From NCBI GenBank assembly GCA_938036405.1, contig CALHPT010000370.1, positions 1-36,593 of the forward strand: DNA of 36,593 bases. The letters are read 5' to 3'. Positions 29,003-36,593 of the stretch are shown here, one piece after another (position 1 is the first letter of the stretch; every line of letters begins with the position of its first letter). The DNA is from an uncultured Tannerella sp. (GTDB taxonomy: Bacteria; Bacteroidota; Bacteroidia; Bacteroidales; Tannerellaceae). The notes under the pieces were generated by a model. It had not been told where the DNA came from. It searched no databases and worked only from the letters and a program-made list of their open reading frames with translations. The position numbers and the translations under genes were made by a program.

Positions 29003-29473
29003 ATGGCTGTTACGTACATGACAGAAGAAGGCTACAATAAGATCCTGGCCGAGATCAATTACATGGAAAGCGTGAAGCGCCCCGAGATCTCTGCGCAGAT
29101 CGCTGAGGCGCGCGATAAGGGCGACCTCTCGGAGAACGCCGAGTATGACGCTGCCAAAGAGGCGCAGGGCATACTGGAAAGCAAGATCGCTCAGCTCAAA
29201 GGACTCATCGCCAACGCTCGACTGATCGACGAGACGCAGATCAAGACGGACGTGGTGCAGATCCTGAACAAAGTGAAACTTAAAAATCTGGCGAACGGCG
29301 CCGTGATGACCTACACGCTCGTGTCCGACTCGGAGGCGAACTTGAAGGAGAACAAAATCGCCATCAGCACCCCCATCGCGCAGGGATTGATGGGCAAGAA
29401 GGTGGGCGACGTGGCCGAGATCAAGGTGCCCTCGGGTATCCTCAACTTCGAAATCATGGAGATATCCATCTAA
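29003..29473 (+). CDS. greA: transcription elongation factor GreA
   Basis: MTEEGY, EARDKGDLSENAEYDAAKE, ISTPIAQGLMGK. Confidence 0.97.
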   Translation: MAVTYMTEEGYNKILAEINYMESVKRPEISAQIAEARDKGDLSENAEYDAAKEAQGILESKIAQLKGLIANARLIDETQIKTDVVQILNKVKLKNLANGAVMTYTLVSDSEANLKENKIAISTPIAQGLMGKKVGDVAEIKVPSGILNFEIMEISI

Positions 29474-29487
29474 ACAATCCACACATC

Positions 29488-29880
29488 ATGGCTACCATTT
29501 TCAGCAAGATCGTGGCGGGAGAAATACCCTGCCACAAGATCGCGGAGGACAGCGAGTTCTTCGCCTTTCTCGACATCCACCCCGTGGCTACGGGCCACAC
29601 GCTCGTCATCCCCAAAGAGGAGGTGGACTACCTCTTCGCCATCGACGACGCCAAGCTGGGCCGCATGATGGCCTTCGCTAAACGCATCGCCAAGGCGCAG
29701 GAACAGGCTATCCTCTGCAAACGCATTGGCGTGACCGTGATCGGTCTGGAGGTGCCGCACGCGCACATCCACTTGGTGCCCATCACGCGCGAGTCGGATA
29801 TGTATTTCGACCGCCCCAAGGGATCGCCTACGGCCGATGAGTTGGCGGCTACCGCCGCCGCCATCCGCGCTTGCTTATGA
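29488..29880 (+). CDS. HIT family nucleotide hydrolase
   Basis: TIFSKIVAGEIP, FLDIHP, GHTLVIPK, HAHIH triad. Confidence 0.95.
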   Translation: MATIFSKIVAGEIPCHKIAEDSEFFAFLDIHPVATGHTLVIPKEEVDYLFAIDDAKLGRMMAFAKRIAKAQEQAILCKRIGVTVIGLEVPHAHIHLVPITRESDMYFDRPKGSPTADELAATAAAIRACL

Positions 29881-29927
29881 GTTTAAGAGACGAGATGCTC
29901 GCGATCCGTCGCTTGTAGCTTGTCACG

Positions 29928-29987
29928 AAAAAGAGTCCTGCCGGACGAACGAGAATCGGTTCTCGCTCGTCCGGCAGGACTCTTTTT
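29928..29987. terminator. bidirectional intrinsic terminator
   Basis: AAAAAGAGTCCTGCCGGACGA...TCGTCCGGCAGGACTCTTTTT between convergent genes. Confidence 0.9.
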
Positions 29988-30008
29988 AGGCGCGTAGGTG
30001 TGGAGGCG

Positions 30009-32447
30009 TCAGCTCTTCTGCACCACGGCACTGCGGACGGTCAGTCCGATCAACACGAGGAAGGCGCACCCGACGACGATCGACGCAATGAGCGAGATCC
30101 GGGCGCTACGCAGATAGACGTCGTCCACGCAACGGAACTCGATCTTGTGTGTGCCCGCGGGGATCTCCAGCCCGCGCAGGATGTAGTCCACGCGCACGGG
30201 CTTGACTTCCTTGCCGTCGATGTAGGCGTGCCATGTCTTGTAGAAGACTTCAGAGAAGACAGCCAGTCGCGGACGTGTGGTTTGGCTCTCGTAGACGAGG
30301 TGGTCCGGCGCCGGATAGTCCGTCAGGCGGATCGTGGCGGTGCTGTCGGGCGACGGCTGCACGAGTTGCTGCCACGAGGGGAGGCTGCTCTGCCATGCCT
30401 TGTCGATGACGGCCGTGCGCACGGGATTGAAGTCGTTGAGGGCGACGATCTCGGCGTCGGGCGAATCGACCCAGCGGATCTCATCGACGAACCAGACGCA
30501 GCCCGGGGCGTTGGGATTGCGTTGCACTTGCGGACCCTGCTCCGTGGGGACGATCACGTAGCGCGTATTGAGCATGTTCAGCACGTTGGTGTTAATGCCC
30601 TTCGCGCCGAAGTGGAAGTCGATGATGTCCTGATAGCGGCGCAGCTTGGCGGGGCTGTAACCGCCGATGGACTTGTGGAAGTACGACGTCTCGGACTCGT
30701 TGAAGGTGCTCTTCGTGAGGTTGAGTACGCGGTAGTTCGGGTCTTTGTCTTGCAGGATCTGCTTGTCGGCCTCGGTGGCTACGATCTCGCGCGCCTGCTT
30801 CTGCGGCACGAAGTCTTCATAGTTCAAGAAGCGTTTATCCACCGCCCAGAGATCGGCGAAGACGAGCACGCCCAGTATGGCCGCCACGTAGGTGGCATTG
30901 AACGGCTTCTTGGCGTAGATCCACAGCAGCACGGCCACGGCGGCGATGAAGCCGAACGAACGCCAAGCGTCGGCTGAGAGCATCGACTGACGGTCGGCCA
31001 CGAGCGCCATCAGCAGGTCGGGGTACTGCTTAAACTGCTCATCCGCTGTGCCCGAAAAGCTCATCAATCCACCGCCGAGGAGGGCGTACAGCAGGCAGAG
31101 TCCACCCGTGATGCCGGCCGAGATGTAGAGCGGGCGGAGCAGCTTACGCTTGTCTTCGGCCTCGAGGAATTGCTTGACGGCGAGCACGGCCAGTGCCACC
31201 ATCGACACCTCGGCGATGACGAGTGCCATAGACGGGGTGCGGAACTTGTTGTAGAGCGGCAAGTGATAGAAGAGGAATTCGTTGATGCCTGCGTTCTTAC
31301 CCCACGAAAGGATGAAAGAGACGATGGTCACGGCCAGCAGCCACCATCGCTCCGGCCCTTTGACGATCATCAGCCCGAGCACGAACAGGAAGCAGATGAT
31401 GGCGCCCACGTAGACCGGGCCGCTCGTGAAGGGCTGATCGCCCCAATACATCGGCGCAAAACGCGTGAACTGCCGACCTTGATCGGACTGCCCGTGGGAG
31501 GAGAAGAATTGGTAGGTGTGCGAGTCGGTGCCGATGTTGTGGTGCGAATCCGAGCCGTAGAAGTTGGGGATGAGCAGTGTCATCGTCTCGCCGCGGCCGT
31601 AGCTCCACATGTAGGCATAGTCGATCTCGAGGCCCGAGCTCTCTTTGGCGCCCTCGGCGTTGGACTTGAGCACGGCGCCGCCGCGCATCGAGTCCTTGAC
31701 GTAATCGGCCGAACTGATCAGCTGTCCGGCTGCTGGCGCTACGGCCAACGCGCCGACTACGGCCAGCACGGCGGACGACTTGAAGAAGTCTCCCAGCGTG
31801 TGGTTGCGTATCGCGAAGACGAAGTAGGTGAGGGCCAGGATGAGCATCATAATAAGTAGGTAATAGCTGATCTGCTGATGGCTCCAGAGGACGTTCAGGC
31901 CGGTGAAGAGCAGCGTGACGATGCTGCCCCAGAGGTATTTCTTGCGATAACAGAGGATGACGCCGCCAAGGACGGGCGCCATCGTGGCCATGACGAGGCA
32001 CTTATTGACGTGCCCGGCCTCGATGATGATCAGGTTGTACGACGCGAAGGCGTAGGCCACGGCGCCGATGGCACTCAGGGCCGGCCGGCAGCCCAGCGCG
32101 ATCATGAAGATGTAGAACCCGATGAGGTAGAGAAACACGAGCCGCGAGTTGAACGACAGCAGGTACGAAAGACCGCGGCTCAGATAGTCGAAGATGTTCA
32201 CCATCGGTGCGCTCTGCGTGTAGTTATGCGGCATGCCGCCGAACATGCGGGCCGACCAGTGGGCATGCTCGCCCGTCTTGAGATAATGGTCGGTGATGTC
32301 TTTTCCCCAACCCATCGCGCTGTTTACGTCGCCTTGCACCAGTCCCTTGCCGTCGAACAGCTCGGGCGCGAAATAGATCGCAGCCAATGCGAAAAACAGA
32401 ACGACCGCCAGCACGTGCGGCCATCCCTTCTTGATTGCCTCATTCAT
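30009..32447 (-). CDS. YfhO family membrane protein (GT-C-like)
   Basis: MFGGMP, EAGH, HQQISYY, YMWSYG, YWGDQPFTSGPVY, GGYSPAKLRRYQD, VFSEVFY; start MNEAIKKG. Confidence 0.88.
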   Translation of the reverse strand: MNEAIKKGWPHVLAVVLFFALAAIYFAPELFDGKGLVQGDVNSAMGWGKDITDHYLKTGEHAHWSARMFGGMPHNYTQSAPMVNIFDYLSRGLSYLLSFNSRLVFLYLIGFYIFMIALGCRPALSAIGAVAYAFASYNLIIIEAGHVNKCLVMATMAPVLGGVILCYRKKYLWGSIVTLLFTGLNVLWSHQQISYYLLIMMLILALTYFVFAIRNHTLGDFFKSSAVLAVVGALAVAPAAGQLISSADYVKDSMRGGAVLKSNAEGAKESSGLEIDYAYMWSYGRGETMTLLIPNFYGSDSHHNIGTDSHTYQFFSSHGQSDQGRQFTRFAPMYWGDQPFTSGPVYVGAIICFLFVLGLMIVKGPERWWLLAVTIVSFILSWGKNAGINEFLFYHLPLYNKFRTPSMALVIAEVSMVALAVLAVKQFLEAEDKRKLLRPLYISAGITGGLCLLYALLGGGLMSFSGTADEQFKQYPDLLMALVADRQSMLSADAWRSFGFIAAVAVLLWIYAKKPFNATYVAAILGVLVFADLWAVDKRFLNYEDFVPQKQAREIVATEADKQILQDKDPNYRVLNLTKSTFNESETSYFHKSIGGYSPAKLRRYQDIIDFHFGAKGINTNVLNMLNTRYVIVPTEQGPQVQRNPNAPGCVWFVDEIRWVDSPDAEIVALNDFNPVRTAVIDKAWQSSLPSWQQLVQPSPDSTATIRLTDYPAPDHLVYESQTTRPRLAVFSEVFYKTWHAYIDGKEVKPVRVDYILRGLEIPAGTHKIEFRCVDDVYLRSARISLIASIVVGCAFLVLIGLTVRSAVVQKS

Positions 32448-32496
32448 ATTAAAGTAGTAGTTAGAAGTAGTATAAGTAGTCAGCAGCTGTGAGACC

Positions 32497-32547
32497 GTAG
32501 CCCGCGCCCCCCGGGGGGACACGACCGCCGTCGCGCCCGCGGGCTAC
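32497..32547. repeat. GTAG/CTAC-ended GC-rich inverted repeat in the yfhO leader
   Basis: GTAGCCCGCG...CGCGGGCTAC, lying between the -7 box (CAAACGTA, 32574-32581) and the ATG. Confidence 0.65.
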
Positions 32548-32730
32548 CTGTCTATTTAATTGGTTTTGGGGCGCAAACGTAGAGAAAAAACGACGACAGA
32601 TTGGGGCGCACACAGGTGTCGGGAGGGCGTCTGGGGGTGATTGCACGGGGTCGAAGAGGCGCGATGGACGATGGACGGTTGCCCTTTTATTCTGCCCCCC
32701 GATCGCTGCGTGCTCGTTGCAGCGGTTTCC

Positions 32731-32968
32731 ATTCACTCTATAATTGTAGATTGAATATTTTGTCGCATGCCATTCACTCTATAATGCCAGGCTTAATATT
32801 TTGTCGCATGCCATTCACTCTATAATGCCAGGCTTAATGTCAACTCAGTTTTTATTCACTCTATAATGCCAGCGTTAATATCAACTCGATTTTTATTCAC
32901 TCTATAATGCCAGGCTTAATATCCACTCGATTTTTATTCACTCTATAATTGTAGAGTGAATAAAATCG
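32731..32968. repeat. AT-rich 41-bp tandem array (about 6 units)
   Basis: ATTCACTCTATAAT at 32731, 32772, 32813, 32854, 32895 and 32936; the last unit is the dyad ATTCACTCTATAATTGTAGAGTGAAT. Confidence 0.95.
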
Positions 32969-33027
32969 TTGATTCTGTCCGATTCCCTGTCGGAGAAGAC
33001 AGTCATGTGGGGCGCACGCGCATGTTC

Positions 33028-33035
33028 TATCTTTG
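33028..33035 (+). promoter_or_regulatory. -7 promoter box for fabI
   Basis: TATCTTTG about 30 nt upstream of the ATG. Confidence 0.65.
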
Positions 33036-33063
33036 CCGCCGATAAATAATTAGAGAAAGAACA

Positions 33064-33921
33064 ATGAGTTACAATTTATTGCAAGGAAAGAGAGGCATCA
33101 TCTTCGGTGCATTGAATGATTTGTCGATCGCATGGAAGGTGGCCGAAAGGGCCGTGGAAGAGGGAGCGAAGATCGCGCTGACGAACACGCCGATCGCGGT
33201 TCGTATGGGCGACGTGAACAAGCTCTCGGAGCGCCTTGGCGCACCGATGATCCCCGCCGACGCGACGAGCGTGGAGGATCTCGAAACGGTCTTCACCGAG
33301 TCGGTGCGCGAGCTGGGTGGGCCGATCGATTTCGTGCTCCACTCCATCGGTATGAGCCCCAACGTGCGCAAGAAGCGCACCTACGACGATCTGGACTACG
33401 ACCTGCTCTCGAAGACGCTCGACATCTCGGCCGTCTCCTTCCACAAGATGCTGCAGGTGGCCAAGAAGCAGGACGCCATCGCCGACGGTGGTTCCATCGT
33501 GGCCCTGACCTACGTGGCCTCGCAGCGCACCTTCTTCGGATATAACGACATGGCCGACGCCAAGAGCCTTCTGGAGTCCATCGCGCGCAGCTTTGGCTAC
33601 ATCTACGGCCGCGAAAAGGGCGTCCGGATCAACACCATCTCGCAGTCGCCTACGCTGACCACGGCCGGCAGCGGCATCAAGGGCATGGACCACCTGATGG
33701 ACTTTGCCGATAAGATGAGCCCGCTGGGCAACGCCACGGCGGACGACTGCGCCGACTACTGCGTGACGCTCTTCTCCGACCTCACGCGTAAGGTGACGAT
33801 GCAGAACCTCTTCCACGACGGTGGTTTCTCAAGCATGGGCATGAGCCTTCGCGCCATGAACCAGTACAGCAAGAGCTTCGAGGAGTTTAAGGACGAGTCC
33901 GGGAAGATCATTTACGGGTGA
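33064..33921 (+). CDS. fabI: enoyl-ACP reductase
   Basis: GKRGIIFGALNDLSIAW, HSIGMS, YNDMADAK, NTISQSPT, HDGGFS. Confidence 0.95.
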   Translation: MSYNLLQGKRGIIFGALNDLSIAWKVAERAVEEGAKIALTNTPIAVRMGDVNKLSERLGAPMIPADATSVEDLETVFTESVRELGGPIDFVLHSIGMSPNVRKKRTYDDLDYDLLSKTLDISAVSFHKMLQVAKKQDAIADGGSIVALTYVASQRTFFGYNDMADAKSLLESIARSFGYIYGREKGVRINTISQSPTLTTAGSGIKGMDHLMDFADKMSPLGNATADDCADYCVTLFSDLTRKVTMQNLFHDGGFSSMGMSLRAMNQYSKSFEEFKDESGKIIYG

Positions 33922-33980
33922 TCGTTGGGGGGGCGGGAGCGATCCTTTTGTCCCGTCCTCCCCCCCCAGTCACGAAAAGC

Positions 33981-34017
33981 AAAGAGGCGCCCCGCAGAGC
34001 TGCGGGGCGCCTCTTTT
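33981..34017. terminator. bidirectional intrinsic terminator
   Basis: AAAGAGGCGCCCCGCAG/CTGCGGGGCGCCTCTTT perfect inverted repeat between fabI and susD. Confidence 0.9.
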
Positions 34018-34043
34018 AGTTTAGACGGGCAGCGTGAAGGGGA

Positions 34044-35777
34044 TCACTCGCCTTTCCAGTCGGAGATAACTCCGGATGGGTCGGGGTTGAGGATGATGGC
34101 CTTGTTCTGGTCCGTCTCATACTTATTGAAGTAGATGTTGAACCACGGCGCGCAGTATCCTTCGAGCGAATTCATGCGGTAGCCTACGGGGCAGTTCGTG
34201 CCCTTATATCCACGGGTGACTTTCAGCTCGAGGCGCTTGTAGTCCCAGAAGATGATGCCTTCGCCCCAGAACTCGATGCGCTTTTGCAACATCAACTCTT
34301 TGCGGAAATCAGCTAAGGTGGTGGCGTTGCATTTGTAGGAATCGTAGCGATACGTCTTCATAAAGCTCTCCAAAGCAGAGACACCGGCAGCGACGCCTTG
34401 GCTTGCGGCCAGCGCTTCAGCCTCGATGAAGTACATCTCCTCGACGCGCATCAGCGGATAGTCCATCGCGGCGCCCACCTTGTAGTCGATCATGTTGCCT
34501 TCGTTCGGCTTAAACTTCAGTCCGGTGTAAGCGGGCAGCGCATTGAAACCGTCGTCGGTGAGGAGCGTGCGATACTTCGTGCCCGGTCCCTTACCCGTGT
34601 CGGCGGGAGAGATCCAAGAGGCCTTACGCCAGTCGGCGTCGGGGATCTGATCGAAGAGTGCCTTGCTGACGGTGCGCATGGCAAAGTAGGTAGAGTTCGC
34701 TACACCAAAGGTCTGCTCGGGGCACATGTTAGAAGCGAAGTTGACGTAGGAGCTGTAGACGTTGGCCTCCTTCGTGATAGAACCCCACATCCAAGAAGGG
34801 GTGAGGACGGAATTGAAGCCCGTCGTGTAGCTCTTGCCACCGTACCAATCGCTCTCAGTCAGGGGCTGTGCACCGCTGGCGGTGATGGCTTCGCGGGCGA
34901 ACTGAGCCGCTTTGGCGTAGCAGTCTTTGGCAGAGGTGATGTCCGAGCGAACGGCGGTGAAGGCAGCCAGATCGGCCGGATACTTCTCGAAGCGTGTGCC
35001 CAGCTCTAACCAGGTGCGTGCCTTCAGTCCGGCGACAACGGCGGAGTTGGGCAGGTTTTTGGCTGACCGGGTGAAGCCGTTGAGGAGGTTACCGGCTGTC
35101 TCCAGTTCGTCGAGGATGTATTTGTACATCGTCTGGAAGGGGACGCGCGGGTTGTTGCGTGCTTCAGTCTCGGTGGTTGTCTCGGTGACGAGCTGCGTGG
35201 TGAGGCCATAGATCTTGTTAGCGGCCGCTTCGTTGTCGAGCTTGGCGATGCCCGTCTTCTTGTATTCGTAGAGGCGCGCCATATCGAGGTAAGCCAATGC
35301 GCGGTAAGTGTGAGCTACGCCGGCATACTGCTTCAGGAGCGGGTCGGTGGTGTTCGCATCGATCAGCCCGACGAGGTCGTTGGCTCGCTTGAGGAGCTTG
35401 AAGTAGTATCCGTAGAGCACGTAGCCCATCGAGTTGTTCACGCCGAGGCTGGTGCAAAGGCCAAACGAGGAGAAGTAGTCGTAGTCGGAGCTGTAGACAT
35501 AAAAGTCTTCGCACATCACGTCGCGCATGATACCAAAGGCGGAGTATCCGAAGTCATAGGTGTAGTCGGCACCATAGCTATCGTATTCGTTGATGTAGCC
35601 CACGATGGAGTTTTGCAGGGCTTCCATCGCGTTCTTCGACTTCATGACTTGATCCTTCGTCGCCGTGGACGACTCGGGGAAATTCTCTTCGATGCAACTG
35701 TTCAGGCCGACTGCCATAAGCAGTACGCAGCAGGCAAGGGCTTTCGTGATCAGAGTTATCTTTTTCATTGTGATCAT
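34044..35777 (-). CDS. RagB/SusD family nutrient-binding outer-membrane lipoprotein
   Basis: Lipobox LNSC; YRALAYLDMARLY, LKARTWL, PLMRVEEMYFIEAEA, QKRIEFWGEG. The start could be 35768. Confidence 0.93.
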   Translation of the reverse strand: MITMKKITLITKALACCVLLMAVGLNSCIEENFPESSTATKDQVMKSKNAMEALQNSIVGYINEYDSYGADYTYDFGYSAFGIMRDVMCEDFYVYSSDYDYFSSFGLCTSLGVNNSMGYVLYGYYFKLLKRANDLVGLIDANTTDPLLKQYAGVAHTYRALAYLDMARLYEYKKTGIAKLDNEAAANKIYGLTTQLVTETTTETEARNNPRVPFQTMYKYILDELETAGNLLNGFTRSAKNLPNSAVVAGLKARTWLELGTRFEKYPADLAAFTAVRSDITSAKDCYAKAAQFAREAITASGAQPLTESDWYGGKSYTTGFNSVLTPSWMWGSITKEANVYSSYVNFASNMCPEQTFGVANSTYFAMRTVSKALFDQIPDADWRKASWISPADTGKGPGTKYRTLLTDDGFNALPAYTGLKFKPNEGNMIDYKVGAAMDYPLMRVEEMYFIEAEALAASQGVAAGVSALESFMKTYRYDSYKCNATTLADFRKELMLQKRIEFWGEGIIFWDYKRLELKVTRGYKGTNCPVGYRMNSLEGYCAPWFNIYFNKYETDQNKAIILNPDPSGVISDWKGE

Positions 35778-35816
35778 CCTTTCTTAGTTGTTATACAAGG
35801 GGGATAAGGTTGGAAC

Positions 35817-36593
35817 TTAGAATTGCAGGCTGAGGCCGGCAGAGTAAGTGCGATAGGGCGATACGCCGGCTGAGGAGGTGCTACCGGTGGTGGTAGTGCG
35901 TGGATCCAAGCCTTTGCGTTTAGACCAGTAATAGATGTTGTCGCAGGTGACGTAGAAACGCAGGTTGCGGACACCGCCCAGACGCTTGGTCAGGTTATCA
36001 GGCACCGTGTAACCGAGCTGAATGTTCTGGAAGTTGAGGTAGCTACCGTCGATGAGGAAGCGGTCAGACTGTCCGGCGGAGTTAAGGTCGTCGAAGTACC
36101 AGCGAGGAATTTCAGAGCTGGTGTTCTCGGGCGACCATGCGTTGAAGACGTCCTTGTGCAAGCGGAAACCACTGGCCGAAGAGGAGATGGGGTTAGACAT
36201 CATACCTGCATATCCGTAGTCGTAGATCTTGCCACCCACGGAGTAAGAGAACTGTGCCGAGAGGTCGAAGCCGCGGTAGCTGAGCGAGGTGCCAAAACCA
36301 CCGTAGAGATCCGGGTTCGGGTCGCCGCAGAGGTAATAGTCTGCATTAGAGAAAGAGTCCGTCGTCTTCTCTTCGCCGGTCGTCTTGTCGGTGTAATACC
36401 ACAGCGATTTGCCTTCGGAAGACAGACCTGCAAAGCGGTGGATACGCCATGTGTTGATGGGCAGGCCTTCACCGTAGTAACGGATGCCATTCACATAGCC
36501 GTCGTATCCGCCCACGTTGTTCGTCTTCTTTTCTTCGGGCAGGTAAGAGATCTTGTTCTTGTAGTGGGTCAGGTTGAGGTTGATGGTCCATAC
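35817..36593 (-). CDS. SusC/RagA TonB-dependent transporter, C-terminal part (truncated by the window)
   Basis: Frame open to the window end (WTINLNLTHYKNKI); PDLYGGFGT, SDRFLIDGSYL, terminal GLSLQF. Confidence 0.93.
   Translation of the reverse strand, partial: VWTINLNLTHYKNKISYLPEEKKTNNVGGYDGYVNGIRYYGEGLPINTWRIHRFAGLSSEGKSLWYYTDKTTGEEKTTDSFSNADYYLCGDPNPDLYGGFGTSLSYRGFDLSAQFSYSVGGKIYDYGYAGMMSNPISSSASGFRLHKDVFNAWSPENTSSEIPRWYFDDLNSAGQSDRFLIDGSYLNFQNIQLGYTVPDNLTKRLGGVRNLRFYVTCDNIYYWSKRKGLDPRTTTTGSTSSAGVSPYRTYSAGLSLQF

Noticed and set aside
32731..32968. CRISPR array or tandem sigma70 TATAAT promoters
   Set aside because: The linkers are repeated, not unique; Bacteroidetes use TAnnTTTG, which is present separately at 32574 and 33028.
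34044..36593. Assigning a glycan substrate or PUL to the SusC/SusD pair
   Set aside because: No CAZymes follow susD (a terminator comes next), and the upstream context is outside the window.

Overview
GC-rich Bacteroidales chromosomal DNA (Tannerella/Prevotellaceae-like; inferred from gene content and many TAnnTTTG -7 promoter boxes). Most genes are housekeeping: dnaN, coaBC, DUF4835, GT2, dpp7, DUF389, flippase, ruvB, succinate CoA-transferase, nadE, DUF6261/HagB-like, HAD, a long RSH, a CCA-adding enzyme, asnA, YeiH, greA, HIT, YfhO, fabI, SusD and partial SusC. A small accessory block at 0.35-3.8 kb holds an orphan P-loop protein, LytTR plus a membrane protein, and two secreted proteins. 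No rRNA, tRNA, CRISPR, transposase or reverse transcriptase is visible. The most unusual signal is intergenic: many gaps hold non-coding arrays of dyads with periods near whole DNA helical turns (about 21-22, 41, 42 and 52 bp). These include four separate arrays with a 41-bp period and a cryptic, highly diverged but indel-free 42-bp array of about 10 units ending next to the DUF6261 promoter. Also notable: a NadE with all three glutaminase catalytic residues lost, an RSH lacking its HD motif, a triplex/pseudoknot element, and a terminator in the greA leader. Two possible chimeric junctions (about 85 and about 6570) mean the first 6.5 kb may come from a different genome.
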